Counted from the stretch's first letter, positions 39,075 to 51,033 are shown. The stretch: DNA of 64,000 nt from Octopus sinensis (GCF_006345805.1 NC_043000.1:17856001-17920000), one strand, 5' to 3'. The notes: generated from the sequence alone by a model not told the origin. Program-made: numbers and translations.

Positions 39075-40261
39075 TAATGTCTATTACAGATAAAGTAAAC
39101 CTGAATTCAACAACAGGCCTAGATGGGGTTTTTTTCCTACACAAAAAACACACAAAAAGACTCTGATCAAGACACTGTCCTTGGTAAACCTCAAAAGGGG
39201 GGTATAATGTGTCCTTACACTTAATGGAGGAAACAAAGCAGATTCTTATAATTACAAACTTAACTCTCTCTCTCTCTCTGCCTTCATTTATCAGCAAGGC
39301 TATGGAAGAAATTATCGGAGAGAAACTAGTTATGTTCATCATCATCATCATCATTATCATCAACATCACCATCATCTAATGTCCATGTTCCATGCTGGCA
39401 TGGGTTTGATTGGTTTGACAAGATCTGACAAGTCCAAGGTGTACATTGTCCTCCACTGCCTACATTAGTGTGGTTTCTGTAGCTGGTTGCTCTTCGCCAT
39501 GTGTTGGGTGGTAGTTTTTTTTTTGTTTTTTTGTTTTTTTGTGCCACCAGCACTTGTGAGGTCACCATGCAGCTTACAAGACTACAAACCTTGAGAGAGG
39601 TAGCTTTATGTTAAGAGATTGACACAGTTAAAGTAAAAGGGAAGGAACCAAGGCAGAGCAGGTTTCTTGTGATAGAAGGGTCACTTGGCTACTCACATTT
39701 TAAAGGAAAGGGGGTGGGGGGAATATCTTTCTAAGTAATGCTCAGTTTGTATCCAGGTAAAAACTGTTTTGAACAGAAAAATATTTCGAAGAGTTGTTTT
39801 AGAACCATTATTATATGTAAATAGTTATCTCAAACAATATCTTCATTTATGAGAACAGCCACTCAGAAAACAACAAAACAGAAGTAGGAAATTTTGCCAA
39901 AATTCCTGATTTCAATAAAAAAAAACCCACAGAAATACATCAGTGCTGTATACAAGTGGGTTGTGAAAAACAATGAGCAATGCAACGTGAAAAGTCTGGA
40001 GCACTCTGCTATTAACGTTCTAACACATCACAGCCTAGATACATAAAACAAGAAGAGGTTATAACCTGAAAATCTGAGTTATGTAAAACTTGGGAATTAG
40101 AATGAGTAATAATGGTATCGTTTCATACACATGTAACAACATGAAAATGACTGGCAGAGTAAATCCCATGAACAAGAAGTTGTGTTGATCCTGTGAAAGA
40201 TATTTTTATCAATTGTCAGAATTACTCCCAACTATGATCACCTTGTATTGTTAAACTTGGG

Positions 40262-40668
40262 AAGGCGGCGAGCTGGCAGAAATGTTAGCACGCCGGGCAA
40301 AATGCTTAGCGGTGTTTCGTCTGCCGTTACGTTCCGAGTTCAAATTCCGCCGAGGTCGACTTTGCCTTTCATACTTTCGGGGTTGATAAATTAAGTACCA
40401 GTTACGCACTGGAATGGATGTAATCGACTTAATCCGTTTGTTTGTCCTCTCTGTGTTTTGCCCCTTGTGGGTAGTAAAGAAATAGGTATTTCATCTGCCG
40501 TTACGTTCTGAGTTCAAATTCCGCCGAGGTTGACTTTGCCTTTCATCCTTTCGGGGTCGATAAATAAAGTACCAGTTACACACTGGGGTCGATGTAATCG
40601 ACTTAATCCCTTTGTCTGTCCTCATTTGTCCCCTCTATGTTTAACCCCTTGTGGGCAATAAAGAAATA
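40262..40668 (+). mobile_element. SINE family B, tandem full plus 5'-truncated copy
   Basis: Two successive bodies; degenerate TSD TATTGTTAAACTTGG / TATTGTTGAATTTGG. Confidence 0.8.
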
Positions 40669-41014
40669 TATATTGTTGAATTTGGTGTTGAACTGGTAGT
40701 AATGTACTGGTCCTTCACCATGAAGACTGTCTCTTTGCTGGTGAACTGCTGCAGATTGAAAAACTCTATTTAAAATAGAAAGATATGCAGTAATTCATTT
40801 AAAAAATATGTTGGAAGGGGATACTCCAAACTTTGGAGAGGGTACCAGAGAGGAAGAGGACTGCCACAAGAATGGATGGAGAAGTGTGTTTGCTGGTGGA
40901 GAGGTTGGCAGTTGAGGGTTTGCAGGCTGTACCCTAAGTAAGGCCTGTGGAACTCTGGGCACTACAGGAATGAACAGAACAACAACATAAAAGCTGCTAA
41001 GAAAACGTCTAGAT

Positions 41015-41274
41015 CAGAGTTTCCCAACCATTTTTTACCTATTGACCCTCTTCGTTTGTTATTTTACCTGGATGTACCCACCTAGTCATTCAATGTTATG
41101 TTTAATAAATACTGTTACATTTTTATAATTAAATATTATTAGGAATTGTATTTTAAAAATTGTTAAAATACTTTGTGTATTGTAGGAATATAACCAGTTT
41201 ATTGGACATAAATATTAGCAACAAAATCTTATATGGACCTCGAGGGCCATATGGACCCCAGTTGAGAACCACTA
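41015..41274. mobile_element. hAT (Charlie-like) MITE
   Basis: Ends CAGAGTTTCCCAACC / GTTGAGAACCACTA, with degenerate 8-bp flanks GTCTAGAT / CTCAAGAT. A homologous copy lies at 3294-3605. Confidence 0.6.
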
Positions 41275-42310
41275 CTCAAGATGATTCTGGCTGAAAAGTG
41301 GTGATTGATGTGGTTAGTAGAATACCACTTAGACACAGTCCTTAGCATGATCAACCTAAGTTGGGGAACCTTGACAAGGGTGTATGTTTTAAGACCCAAA
41401 ACACTCTGCTTTTCAAGGTTATGACACTCAAGATGTGTCCAAATCTTGCATCTGTAGGTGTCTGTTGAACTACCATTGGAAATTGGGTGCCACAACAAAG
41501 TGTTAGAAGTTCCACATTCTTCCCTTGAGATCAGGACCAGACACTTCAAGGGGGAATTCCAACCACGTTTCGTCTTTCGCTACCTCAACAGCTCCTTTAT
41601 AGGATTCAGTGGCTAAAGACATCATATGGAGGAACCATGTCCAGTGTCAGCCCCTACGCCTCTACCATTTTTGGCATGGCACCCCCACTCCTTGCTTCGG
41701 AAGTGTCTTCAGCTCTGGTGTTGAGTGCATTTCTTCTGTCTCCTTTTTCCTCTTGTTCTTTGGTTTCTTCAATGCAGCATCAATGGAATGTCTGCAGGCA
41801 AATGACCATCCTGCCAAATTTCCCTTTAAATACTCACTGGTAGGCTCTTGCAGCCAGCACCAGCTAACTGTCATGTGACACTGTTTAAGCTTCAGCTGAC
41901 CAATGGAGGAGAAGGGTGCGTAGTTTTGGCTGCACCCTCTCTAAACCTGCCTTCCAACAATGTTGTGTTAGTTTCAATTCCAGCTGTTTAGTGGTAGAAG
42001 CCTTTGAACCAGGTGGAGGGCATGCTATGAATGAGATTGCTACCTTGGCCTACCTGTCAATCAGTGATGCTGCTTAAGTGTCATCCAGCCTCACCTAGCG
42101 ACACTATTTGAGGCTTAATATCTTCTTGAAAAGACATAATGAATGAACATGGTGTAGATGTCAACATATGAAAACAAATTAAGGTGGTGAACTAGCAAAA
42201 TCATTAGCACACCTGGCAAAATGCTTAACGGCATCTTGTCTGTCCTTACGTTCTGAGTTCAAATTCCGCCGAGGTTGACTTTACCTTTCGTCCTTTCAGA
42301 GTCAGTAAAA

Positions 42311-42455
42311 TATTAGGTTGTCCCAAAAGTTCGTAAACACTTGCGAAAATTGAATTTTTATTCGCCAAGTACTAACAAAAACAACAAAAATTATTCCTCA
42401 AAATAAAGACCATTATTTTCCAAGACTTTCTACGAACTTTTGGGACAACCTTATA
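42311..42455. mobile_element. Mariner-type MITE inserted in a family-B SINE
   Basis: TIRs TATTAGGTTGTCCCAAAAGTTCGTA / TACGAACTTTTGGGACAACCTTATA with TA ends; SINE B sequence continues on both sides. Confidence 0.8.
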
Positions 42456-43045
42456 AGTACCAGTTGAACATTGGGGTTGATGTAATCAATTAATCCCCTT
42501 CCATGAAATTGCTGGCCTTGTGCCAAAATTTGAAACCAATATACGAAAACAAAATGTGAACATTTTATATTGAGCAAAATCACAGATAAACCTACACTAT
42601 AAGCAAGAGACACATATGAAGGCGTTGTCTCACCAGCTGTAGAAGTCTTTCACCATCTGGCACACACAACAGAGAAAGCCACCAATCTCTGTGATTATGT
42701 ACGTCACGTTTCTTGAGGTTTTTTTGCATGTTTACTTTTGATAGCTGGATGTTTTCCATATTATCAACCACTTTCTATCATCAACCGGGTGCATTTTATA
42801 AGGCCACCCACACTGGAGGGGTATTCTGCCAAGACTAAGATCCTCCCTACCTTATATCAGTATTCATTCTGTTACTAGTGATCTTGACAGTTGCCTGCAC
42901 TGCAGGTTGCTGAATTTATGTGTTCACTATTTCTACTTCAGTTTGGTGGGCTTAGATTTTATGGCTGGATGCTCTTCTTATTGATAACAATTTTACAACA
43001 TCGTCATCAGTCTACGCCATCATCATCATCATCATCGTATATATT

Positions 43046-43080
<35 letters not shown>

Positions 43081-43194
43081 AAATTAAGAGGTTTTTATTA
43101 TAAGCTAGTATAAGAATAACAACAGAACACATACTGATGGTGGTGACTTAGTAAAGAAAATCAGCTGAAACATTACAATATGTGTGTGTATTTT

Positions 43195-43513
43195 TTTTTT
43201 TTTATTTATCTAGTTTCAGCTCACAAGCTGTGGCCATGCTGGGGCACCGCCATTTGGTGTTGCTACATGATTTTACTTCACGAATGCTTTTTAGCAATTG
43301 CCATTTGGTGCATGAGAGAGTTTGATGCAGCTGCCCTCATCTGCACCTCCTGCCATGAAGTTGGTTCATCTGGAATACCTGACAAGGAGAGATCCAGTTT
43401 CATTTTAAAGACATCTGCATCCACCCCATGCAGGTCTCTTAGGTTCTTTGGGGGGATATTGAAGAGCTGTGAGCCTCGGAAGCCCAGGCTATCACAGTAT
43501 CTTGTCCTACATT
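43195..43513 (-). mobile_element. LINE 3' end (L2/Daphne/Crack-like ORF2 C-terminus plus 3'UTR)
   Basis: The minus strand encodes SLGFRGSQLFNIPPKNLRDLHGVDADVFKMKLDLSLSGIPDEP...RAAASNSLMHQ...*, with the stop at 43278-43280. The 3'UTR ends GGCGGTGCCCCAGCATGGCCACAGCTTGTGAGCTGAAAC. The clade assignment is from memory. Confidence 0.7.
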
Positions 43514-43570
43514 TTGATATATATATATATTTTTTTTTTCTCTCCTTGTTTCTCTCCTTGTTTCTTTCTG

Positions 43571-43700
43571 GGTTCCTTTCTGTCGAAGAGCGTAGGCTCG
43601 AAACGTAAAAGACTTTTTCAATTCCTGAGCGTTATACTAATACATCTGTTTGTTTTCTACGCCACCTGTCTTCGTCTTTTGTTTTTTTCGTGAATTCTCC
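43571..43700 (+). ncRNA. Minimal type-I hammerhead-ribozyme-like motif within a short Penelope-like repeat (copies at 28089-28190 + and 54590-54710 -)
   Basis: CTTT-CTGTCGAA-GAGC(GTAG)GCTC-GAA-ACGT-A-AAAG gives stem I, stem II and a palindromic stem III. The core is CUGUNGA+A rather than the canonical CUGANGA. Confidence 0.4.
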
Positions 43701-43715
43701 CTATTTATATATATT

Positions 43716-43841
43716 AATCAGCAGTAGTTACAGAGTGACTCAAGGGATAAGAGTTTTGTGCATTGGCACTTACCAAAGTTTGTTAAGTGCCAGTGTATGT
43801 AACTCTTGAACCTTGAGTCACTCTGTAGCTTTCAGCTGATT
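43716..43841 (+). ncRNA. Candidate intronic pri-miRNA-like hairpin
   Basis: 126-nt imperfect hairpin with an ~11-nt loop; most non-Watson-Crick positions are G:U on the + strand. Confidence 0.35.
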
Positions 43842-43855
43842 TCATATATATATAT

Positions 43856-44434
43856 TGCTTGCAAAGACATGTTGGGGCAAGCGAAATCGGATTGAACCAG
43901 CCAGGTTCCCTGGTCTGGTGGTACGTAAAAAGCACTATCCGACTCGTGGCCGATGCCAGCGCCGCCTCCACTGGCTTCCGTGCCGGTGGCACGTAAAATA
44001 CACCAATCAGACCGTACAACAGGCACCCATGCCAACCCCCTTGCTTGCGAAGACATGTTGGGGCAAGCGAAATCGAAATCGAATTGAACCAGCCAGGATC
44101 CCTGGTCTGGTGGTACGTAAAAAGCACCATCCGACTCGTGGCCGATGCCAGCACCGCCTCGTCTGGCTTCCGTGCCGGTGGCACATAAAATACACCAATC
44201 CGACCGTGGCCGTTGCCAGCCTCGCCTGGCACCTGTGCAGGTGACACGCAAAAAGCACCCACTACACTCACGGAGTGGTTGGCGTTAGGAAGGGCATCAA
44301 GCTGTAGAAACACTGCCAGATAAGACTGGAGCCTGGTGCAGCCTTCTGGCTTCCCAGATCCCCGGTCGAACCGTCCAACCCATGCTAGCATGGAGAACGG
44401 ACGTTAAACGATGATGATGATGATGATGATGATG

Positions 44435-44436
<2 letters not shown>
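43856..44436 (+). mobile_element. Family D copy with a duplicated 185-bp 5' module
   Basis: TTGCTTGC(A/G)AAGACATGTTGGGGCAAGCG recurs at 43856 and 44041, followed by the D body and (ATG)n. Confidence 0.75.
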
Positions 44437-44501
<65 letters not shown>

Positions 44502-44550
44502 TACATAACATATGTATCAATTTATTTATCTGTGTGTGTATGTGTATATA

Positions 44551-44765
44551 TTCTCTTTTCTCTTTTTACTTGTTTCAGTCATTTGACTGCGACCATGCTG
44601 GAGCACCGCCTTTAGTCGAGCAAATCAACCCAGGGACTTATTCTTTGTAAGCCCAGTACTTATTCTATCAGTCTCTTTTGCCAAAGCACTAAGTGACGGG
44701 GACATAAACACACCAGCATCAGTTGTCAAGCAATGCTAGGGGGACAAACACAGACACACAAACAT

Positions 44766-44839
<74 letters not shown>

Positions 44840-45001
44840 TACGACGGGCTTCTTTCAGTTTCCGTCTACCAAATCCAGTCACAAGGCTTCGGTCAGCCCG
44901 AGGTTAAAGTAGAAGACACTTGCACAAGGTGCCATGCAGTGGGACTGAACCCGGGACCATGTGGTTGGTAAACAAGCTACTTACCACACAGCCACTCCTG
45001 C
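44551..45001 (-). mobile_element. SINE family A (another partial copy at 45278-45565)
   Basis: Full-length homology. Confidence 0.85.
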
Positions 45002-45499
45002 AGAAAAAAAAGTCAAGGTAGAAAATGCTAAAATAATTTTATAAAAAACATTTCAGTACCAGTTTCAGTCTTCGTCTCCGCCACCTCCTCCCCAACCCCA
45101 CCTCCACTGCTGTTTGGGGGGTTGGGAAGGAGGTGGCGGAGACGAAGACCCAAACTGGTACTGAAATGTTTTTTATAAAATTATTTTAGCATTTTCTACC
45201 TTGACTTTTTTTTTTCCATATATATCAACTCGTGTGTTCCTTTTCAACCTTCTACACACACGCATATATATATATATACTCTTTTACTTGTTTCAGTCAT
45301 TTGACTGTGGCCATGCTGGAGCACCGCCTTTAGTCGAGCAAATCGACCCCAGGACTTATTCTTTGTAAGCCTAGTACTTATTCTATCGGTCTCTTTTGCC
45401 GAACCGCTAAGTTACGGGGACGTAAACACACCAGCATCAGTTGTCAAGCGATGTTGGGGGGACAAACACAGACACACAAACATATACACACACGCATAC

Positions 45500-45535
<36 letters not shown>

Positions 45536-45734
45536 TATATGCATATATACGACAGGCTTCTTTCAGTATATATACACACACACACACAGAAATAGTCATA
45601 CTTATATATACTAATATACTAACATCAATGCACATTGCAACACACCAGACTATACCCCACATACAAGTACTTCAAATCTGTGTATGTGTGTGTGTATGAA
45701 AACATACGCATACATATAGGTCTTCACACACACA

Positions 45735-45779
<45 letters not shown>

Positions 45780-46451
45780 CTGTGATGAGAGCAATCAGTC
45801 ATCTCATTGCAGTGATTGCTGCATCGTATAAGTAAATGTGACAAGGATAGTGCAGCAGCCTAGATGTGCACAGACTACCAGACACAACTGTTTGTGTGTG
45901 CATGCAAGCACACACACCTGACCTGACCTGCCAGCCACCTCTTAATGACTCTGACTCATCGTCATACTGCTTGTGTCTGTGTGTATGTGCGTGCGCATGA
46001 GTGTGTGTGTGTGTGTTTCAGTTGTATTATTTAGGTAGGTTACTGTGGCCTGCTAGCTATGGTAGCAGTGATGTTAGTAATGATAGTGATGATGGTGATG
46101 GTAATAGAGGTGGTGGTGGTGGCGGCGGCGGTGGGGGAGAAGGCGGTGGGGGAGAAGGCGGTGATGGTGGTGGTGGTGGTGGTGGTGGTGGTGGTGGTGG
46201 TGGCAGTGGTGGGGACTGTAATCATTATGGTGATGGTGATGGGGACTAATCGTTATGGTGACGGTAGTAGTTGGGGATGGTGATGATAATGCTGTTGTTG
46301 GTGGTGGTGGGAATGGTGGTGGTGGTGGTAGTGGCGGCTACACCATCATGCGACTTACTAGAAATAGCAACCAAGTTTCCCTTGAATCACATCCTAAAGT
46401 TCCTTAATAAAGCATGCTCTAACCATGACCATTCTGTCTTTTAATCATGTA

Positions 46452-46506
<55 letters not shown>

Positions 46507-46731
46507 TTATCTATATATATAACAATGGTCTATATAACTTGAAGGTGATTTAACTGCTATTTTTGCATTTCAAAGGACCATATAGAGAATTTCCTCGTGG
46601 CGCTGCTAGTTGTGATCTACAACATAAGATCCTGACTTATGTAGTGATGATGTGCTGCAGACCTGTCAGACCCATCTTGCTATGATGAAATTAACATCAA
46701 AATGATGGGGCAGTGTTGGTGTTGATGGTGG

Positions 46732-46768
<37 letters not shown>

Positions 46769-47998
46769 GATGGTGGGGGAGGGGGGAATTGGGTGCAGTG
46801 GTGGCAGCAGCAATGGTGGTGGTAGTGGTGTTATATTGTGTGTCTGTGTGTGTTTATGCTATTGTTGTCTAACCCAACCCAGCCTAATCCAGAAGATTTA
46901 TAATGTAAAGAGTTTCAGATATGACCACCCCTACCTGTGTATTTATATATACAATATCTAGAACTGCATTATCCAATGTTTAAGTTACTGTTCTTTCTTT
47001 TTTTTTAATAGTAGGATGTGATTTGAGAGGGATTTAGCTGCAATTTTAGAAAGTTTAGTGATTGCACAAATGCTTCTTCATGTACATGCATATTAAATAT
47101 GCGCACATCTATGTATGTTTATGAGCGAGAGAGCAGCGCACGCCATCAAAGTGATGCAAAGATGGCTGCGTGTTTAAGGAGTTCACTTCCCGATCACATG
47201 ATTTTTGGTTCAGTCCCACTACATGGCACCTTAAAGGCAAGTGTCTTTTATACCCTGGGCAGATCAAGGCTTTGTGAATTGGTTTGGTAGGTGGAAAGTA
47301 AGAGAAGCCCATCATATATTTATGTGTGTGTGTGTGTCTGCGTGTGTGTCTGTGTGTGTGCATGCATGTGTGTCCGTGCGTGTATACATACATAACAAAC
47401 ATACATCATTTAATCCATGTTCCATGCTGGCAGGGGTTGCAGAGTTTGACAGGGTCTGATGAGCCTAAGGACTGCATTGCACTCTGGTGTCTGCTTTGCT
47501 ATGGTTTGCCTGTTGGCTATGTGCTTCCTGTTGCCAGCTACATTACAGTGGGGTTTTTTTTTCTGCGTGCTATCATCACTAGTGTGGTCGTCATGCAGCT
47601 TCGAAGGCTACAAACCCCCAAAGGGGCAACTTTATATTAGGAGATGTATGAGAGGCGGGGCCAGAGCAGAACAGGTTTCTTGCCGTAGAGGAGCTAAATG
47701 GCTACTGACATTCTAAAAGAAAAGGCAGGCATGATCGGAGCGAGTTGGAAAGAGATAGTAATGATGGCAATGAGGTGTCAGAGTGGACCATGAAGATATG
47801 AGGTGTGTTGAAGACAAAGGGACACAAGAACCAGGAGTGTGGGTAGGTTGTAAAACAGTATAGGGGAGTAAGATATTGGGAATAGATGAGAATAGGTAGG
47901 TGACCACTGTAAAGATTGGGTAAAGCTGAAGGACAGATATAGTGAATGGTGGGTCACCAATGATGCATGAGTTAGGGGAGATGAGAAGAATAGGAGAT

Positions 47999-48205
47999 CA
48001 TCATCATCATTGTTCAACAGTGGTCGAGACAATGGAATTTACCATGCTACGCCAGAATTCACGGTCCATCATGGCATTACAGAGGTCCTGTTGCTGGATG
48101 CCTGTATCCCTGGAGATTACATCAGGGTAGGAGAGTGTGCGCCCTCTGGCATTGCAAGTAGATGGCTTCCAGAGGAGAAGAGTTGACAGTGTGAAGCAGA
48201 AGAAT
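47999..48205 (-). mobile_element. RTE-clade LINE 3' end with (ATG)n tail
   Basis: The minus strand encodes LLLWKPSTCNARGRTLSYPDVISRDTGIQQQDLCNAMMDREFWRSMV (RTE C-terminal RGR...D...AM.DR..WR pattern), followed by TGATGATGA. Confidence 0.75.
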
Positions 48206-48723
48206 GATAATGATGATATAGGGAGACAGGAGATGGACAATATATTGTCATCATCATTTAGTATTCTCTTTTCCATGTTAGCCTGTGTCAGACAGAATGT
48301 CCTTCCTGTTGCCAATTCTAACCTGTTTCCAAGCAACTTAATATTTCCCCATGGCCAGATATGTTTTTCATAGAAAACTGGGAATGGAGAATGTTGCTTG
48401 TATGATGGTGATGCTTGTTTACAACCATCACATGATGTCAAGAGATGGGTCACACACACACACACACATACACATTCACAAAGACATATACAAGATAAGC
48501 TTCTTTCAGTTTCCATCAACTAAATCCATTCATAAAGTTTTGGTTGGCCTGGGGCTAAAGTAGTAGGTACTTTCCTAAGGTACCATGCAGTGGGATTGAA
48601 ACTGAGACAACATGGTTCGGAAGCAAGCTTCTTAACTACACAAGCATGTCTGCACCTATATGTATACATGTGTGTGTGCATGTATGTACATGTGTGTGTG
48701 TGTGTGTGTATATATATATACAG

Positions 48724-48948
48724 CGAGGTCATTGCCAGTACCGCCTGACTGGCCCCTGTGCCGGTGGCACGTAAAAAGCACCCACTACACTCTCAGAGTG
48801 GTTGGCGTTAGGAAGAGCATCCAGCTGTAGAAACTCTGCCAGATCAAGATTGGAGCCTGGTGCAGCCATCTGGTTCACCAGCCCTCAGTCAAAATCGTCC
48901 AACCCATGCTAGCATGGAAACCGGATGTTAAATGATGATGATGATGAT
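48724..48948 (+). mobile_element. Repeat family D (GTGCCGGTGGCAC hairpin...CCAACCCATGCTAGCATGG...(ATG)n tail); SINE or RTE 3'UTR
   Basis: At least 12 copies in both orientations (e.g. ~14920-15125, 26725-26935, 35720-35900, 57860-58270, 60561-60760); no tRNA head seen. Confidence 0.7.
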
Positions 48949-49124
48949 AGTGGGCTTCCATGCAGTTTCTGTCCACTAAATTTCACCTGCAAGGTATTTA
49001 CCAACCTGATTTAATAGCAGAAGATACATACCCAAACTGAGCCCAAAAGGCTTTGCAAAATAACAGAATTTAGAATCACATAACTGGGAACCAAATTCCT
49101 TGACCGCATAGCCATACCTGTACA

Positions 49125-49530
49125 TCTTTATATATAAAAGTGAAGTTGTGTGTCTGTCTCCTACGATTTAGATTCCTAACTACTCCCACATTTTGCGGTG
49201 CAGTTTAACCAAAAGTGGGTATCTTATAGTCGTGATTCATATCGAGCCCTTCTGAGTATTAGCGCGCGTCTACGATGAGTCTACGATTTAAAAAAAAATT
49301 TACCATCATTTTTTTCCATTTTAATGCATTTTTTCGCTATTATATAAGGGAATTAACTCTCTAAAAATGTCTACGATGAGTCAACGATTTTTAAAAAAAA
49401 TTTACCATCATTTTTTTTTTCCATTTTTAATGCACTTTTTTTTTTTGCTATTTTTTGGCTATAACTCTCTAAAAATGCTTATGTAGTTATTTCCCTTACA
49501 AACCTGAGCAACGCCGGGCGATACTGCTAG
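49125..49530 (+). mobile_element. Non-autonomous Helitron, same family
   Basis: A|TCTTTATATATAAAAG...GCAACGCCGGGCGATACTGCTAG|T termini; internal AT-rich duplication as in unit 6496-6892. Confidence 0.85.
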
Positions 49531-51033
49531 TTACATATATGCATAGAACAGCATCTGCACATAGTCATTTAGACCCTTATTTTTGTTGTTTAATTCCAGA
49601 TCAGTCCTTAGTGAGTAGACCTATGATCAAAAGTATCCATACCTTATCTAAACTACTTTATTCAAAGTGTCCTTCCTTTTCTTTAAGATGCTACAATGAA
49701 ATCTGAAGGAGATTTTATCTGTCTGATGCGGTGGGTGTATATTAAACACTTTCAGATTTTTGTACAATGAAATCAAAGTAATATATACAAATGTATTCAG
49801 TCTGGGTCTGTGTCTGTTTTGCTATGCTAGTAGGGTTTGGGAACATACACAGGATGTCCTTTTTGTCACTAACCCGTACTTGTTTTTCAAGTAAGGGATT
49901 TTTTTTTTATTCCGTATATTTTTGAAAGTACAGACCCAAAGGATGGTTTTTAGACAGAAAATGTTAACAAATGTTACTGTTTTTCAGTCAGTGCTTTTAT
50001 GCAAATACATGGAAAGTAAATATTCTCTTTCTGTGTCTCTGTCTGTCTGTCTGTCTCTTTCTCACACACACACAATGGGCTTTCATGCAGTTTCGAAAAA
50101 TTTTCAAGAGCAGAGCAACTAGTTGTGAACAAGAGAAATATCAAATCACATACATTTACACACATACATACCACTACTATCATCACAATCATCATCACAA
50201 TTTTACATCTGCTTCCAATGCTGGCATAGGTTTGATGGGTTGTCATGGTTGGAGTGAGCACTTATTTGAGGATACTGCTCATCTACACAGGTTGAAGGAC
50301 TGCATCTTACTTTTGTGTTTCATTTTTAGTTAGATTTCTACAGCTAGATGTACATTCTAACACCAACCACTTTACAGTATGTACTAAGTGCCTTTTTTGT
50401 GATGTCAGCAATTAAAAAGACCTCATAACACCATGTTTCTACTCATTTACCCATCCCTGTACAGGGTGAGAGGCATGAGTGATGGATGCATGAATAAAAG
50501 CGTTGTTTGATTAGAGGAAGAATCATAGTTTCCTGAGATAGCTACATGGACGTTAAATAATCTATTCTGCTCTAGGTACAAGGCCCGAAATTTTGGGGAA
50601 GGGGGCTAGTCAATTAGATCAACCCCAGTATTTTAACTGGTACTTAATTTATCAACCCTGAAAGTATGAAAGGCAAAGTCAACCTCAGCGGAATTTGAAC
50701 TCAGAACATAAAGAGAGACGAAATACCACTAAGCATTTCACCTGGCGTGCTAACGTTTCTGCCAGATCACCACCTTATGGGCGTTAAATAACGTTGATGG
50801 ATATATATATAATGTACTCATACTGAGTGGGTATGTTGGTGTAATGGTTACACACTTGTGAAAACATAGAGGTGTTGGTTCAAGTCACACGTGTACAGAA
50901 AACCCACTTTTTTTTCCATCGACGGCTTATATGCCCCAATATTAGACTATTTTTTTTTAGTCAATATACAGTGATTGCTTATAAGTTTTAAGCTTATAAT
51001 ATATATGTATATATATATATAATATATATATAT

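Noticed and set aside
45782-45925. Box C/D snoRNA (GTGATGA...CTGA)
   Set aside because: No terminal stem, no clear C'/D' boxes and no recognisable rRNA antisense element.
50825-50895. tRNA-like A/B boxes (TGGTGTAATGGT...GGTTCAAGTC)
   Set aside because: The cloverleaf stems do not pair; at best a decayed SINE head or tRNA pseudogene.
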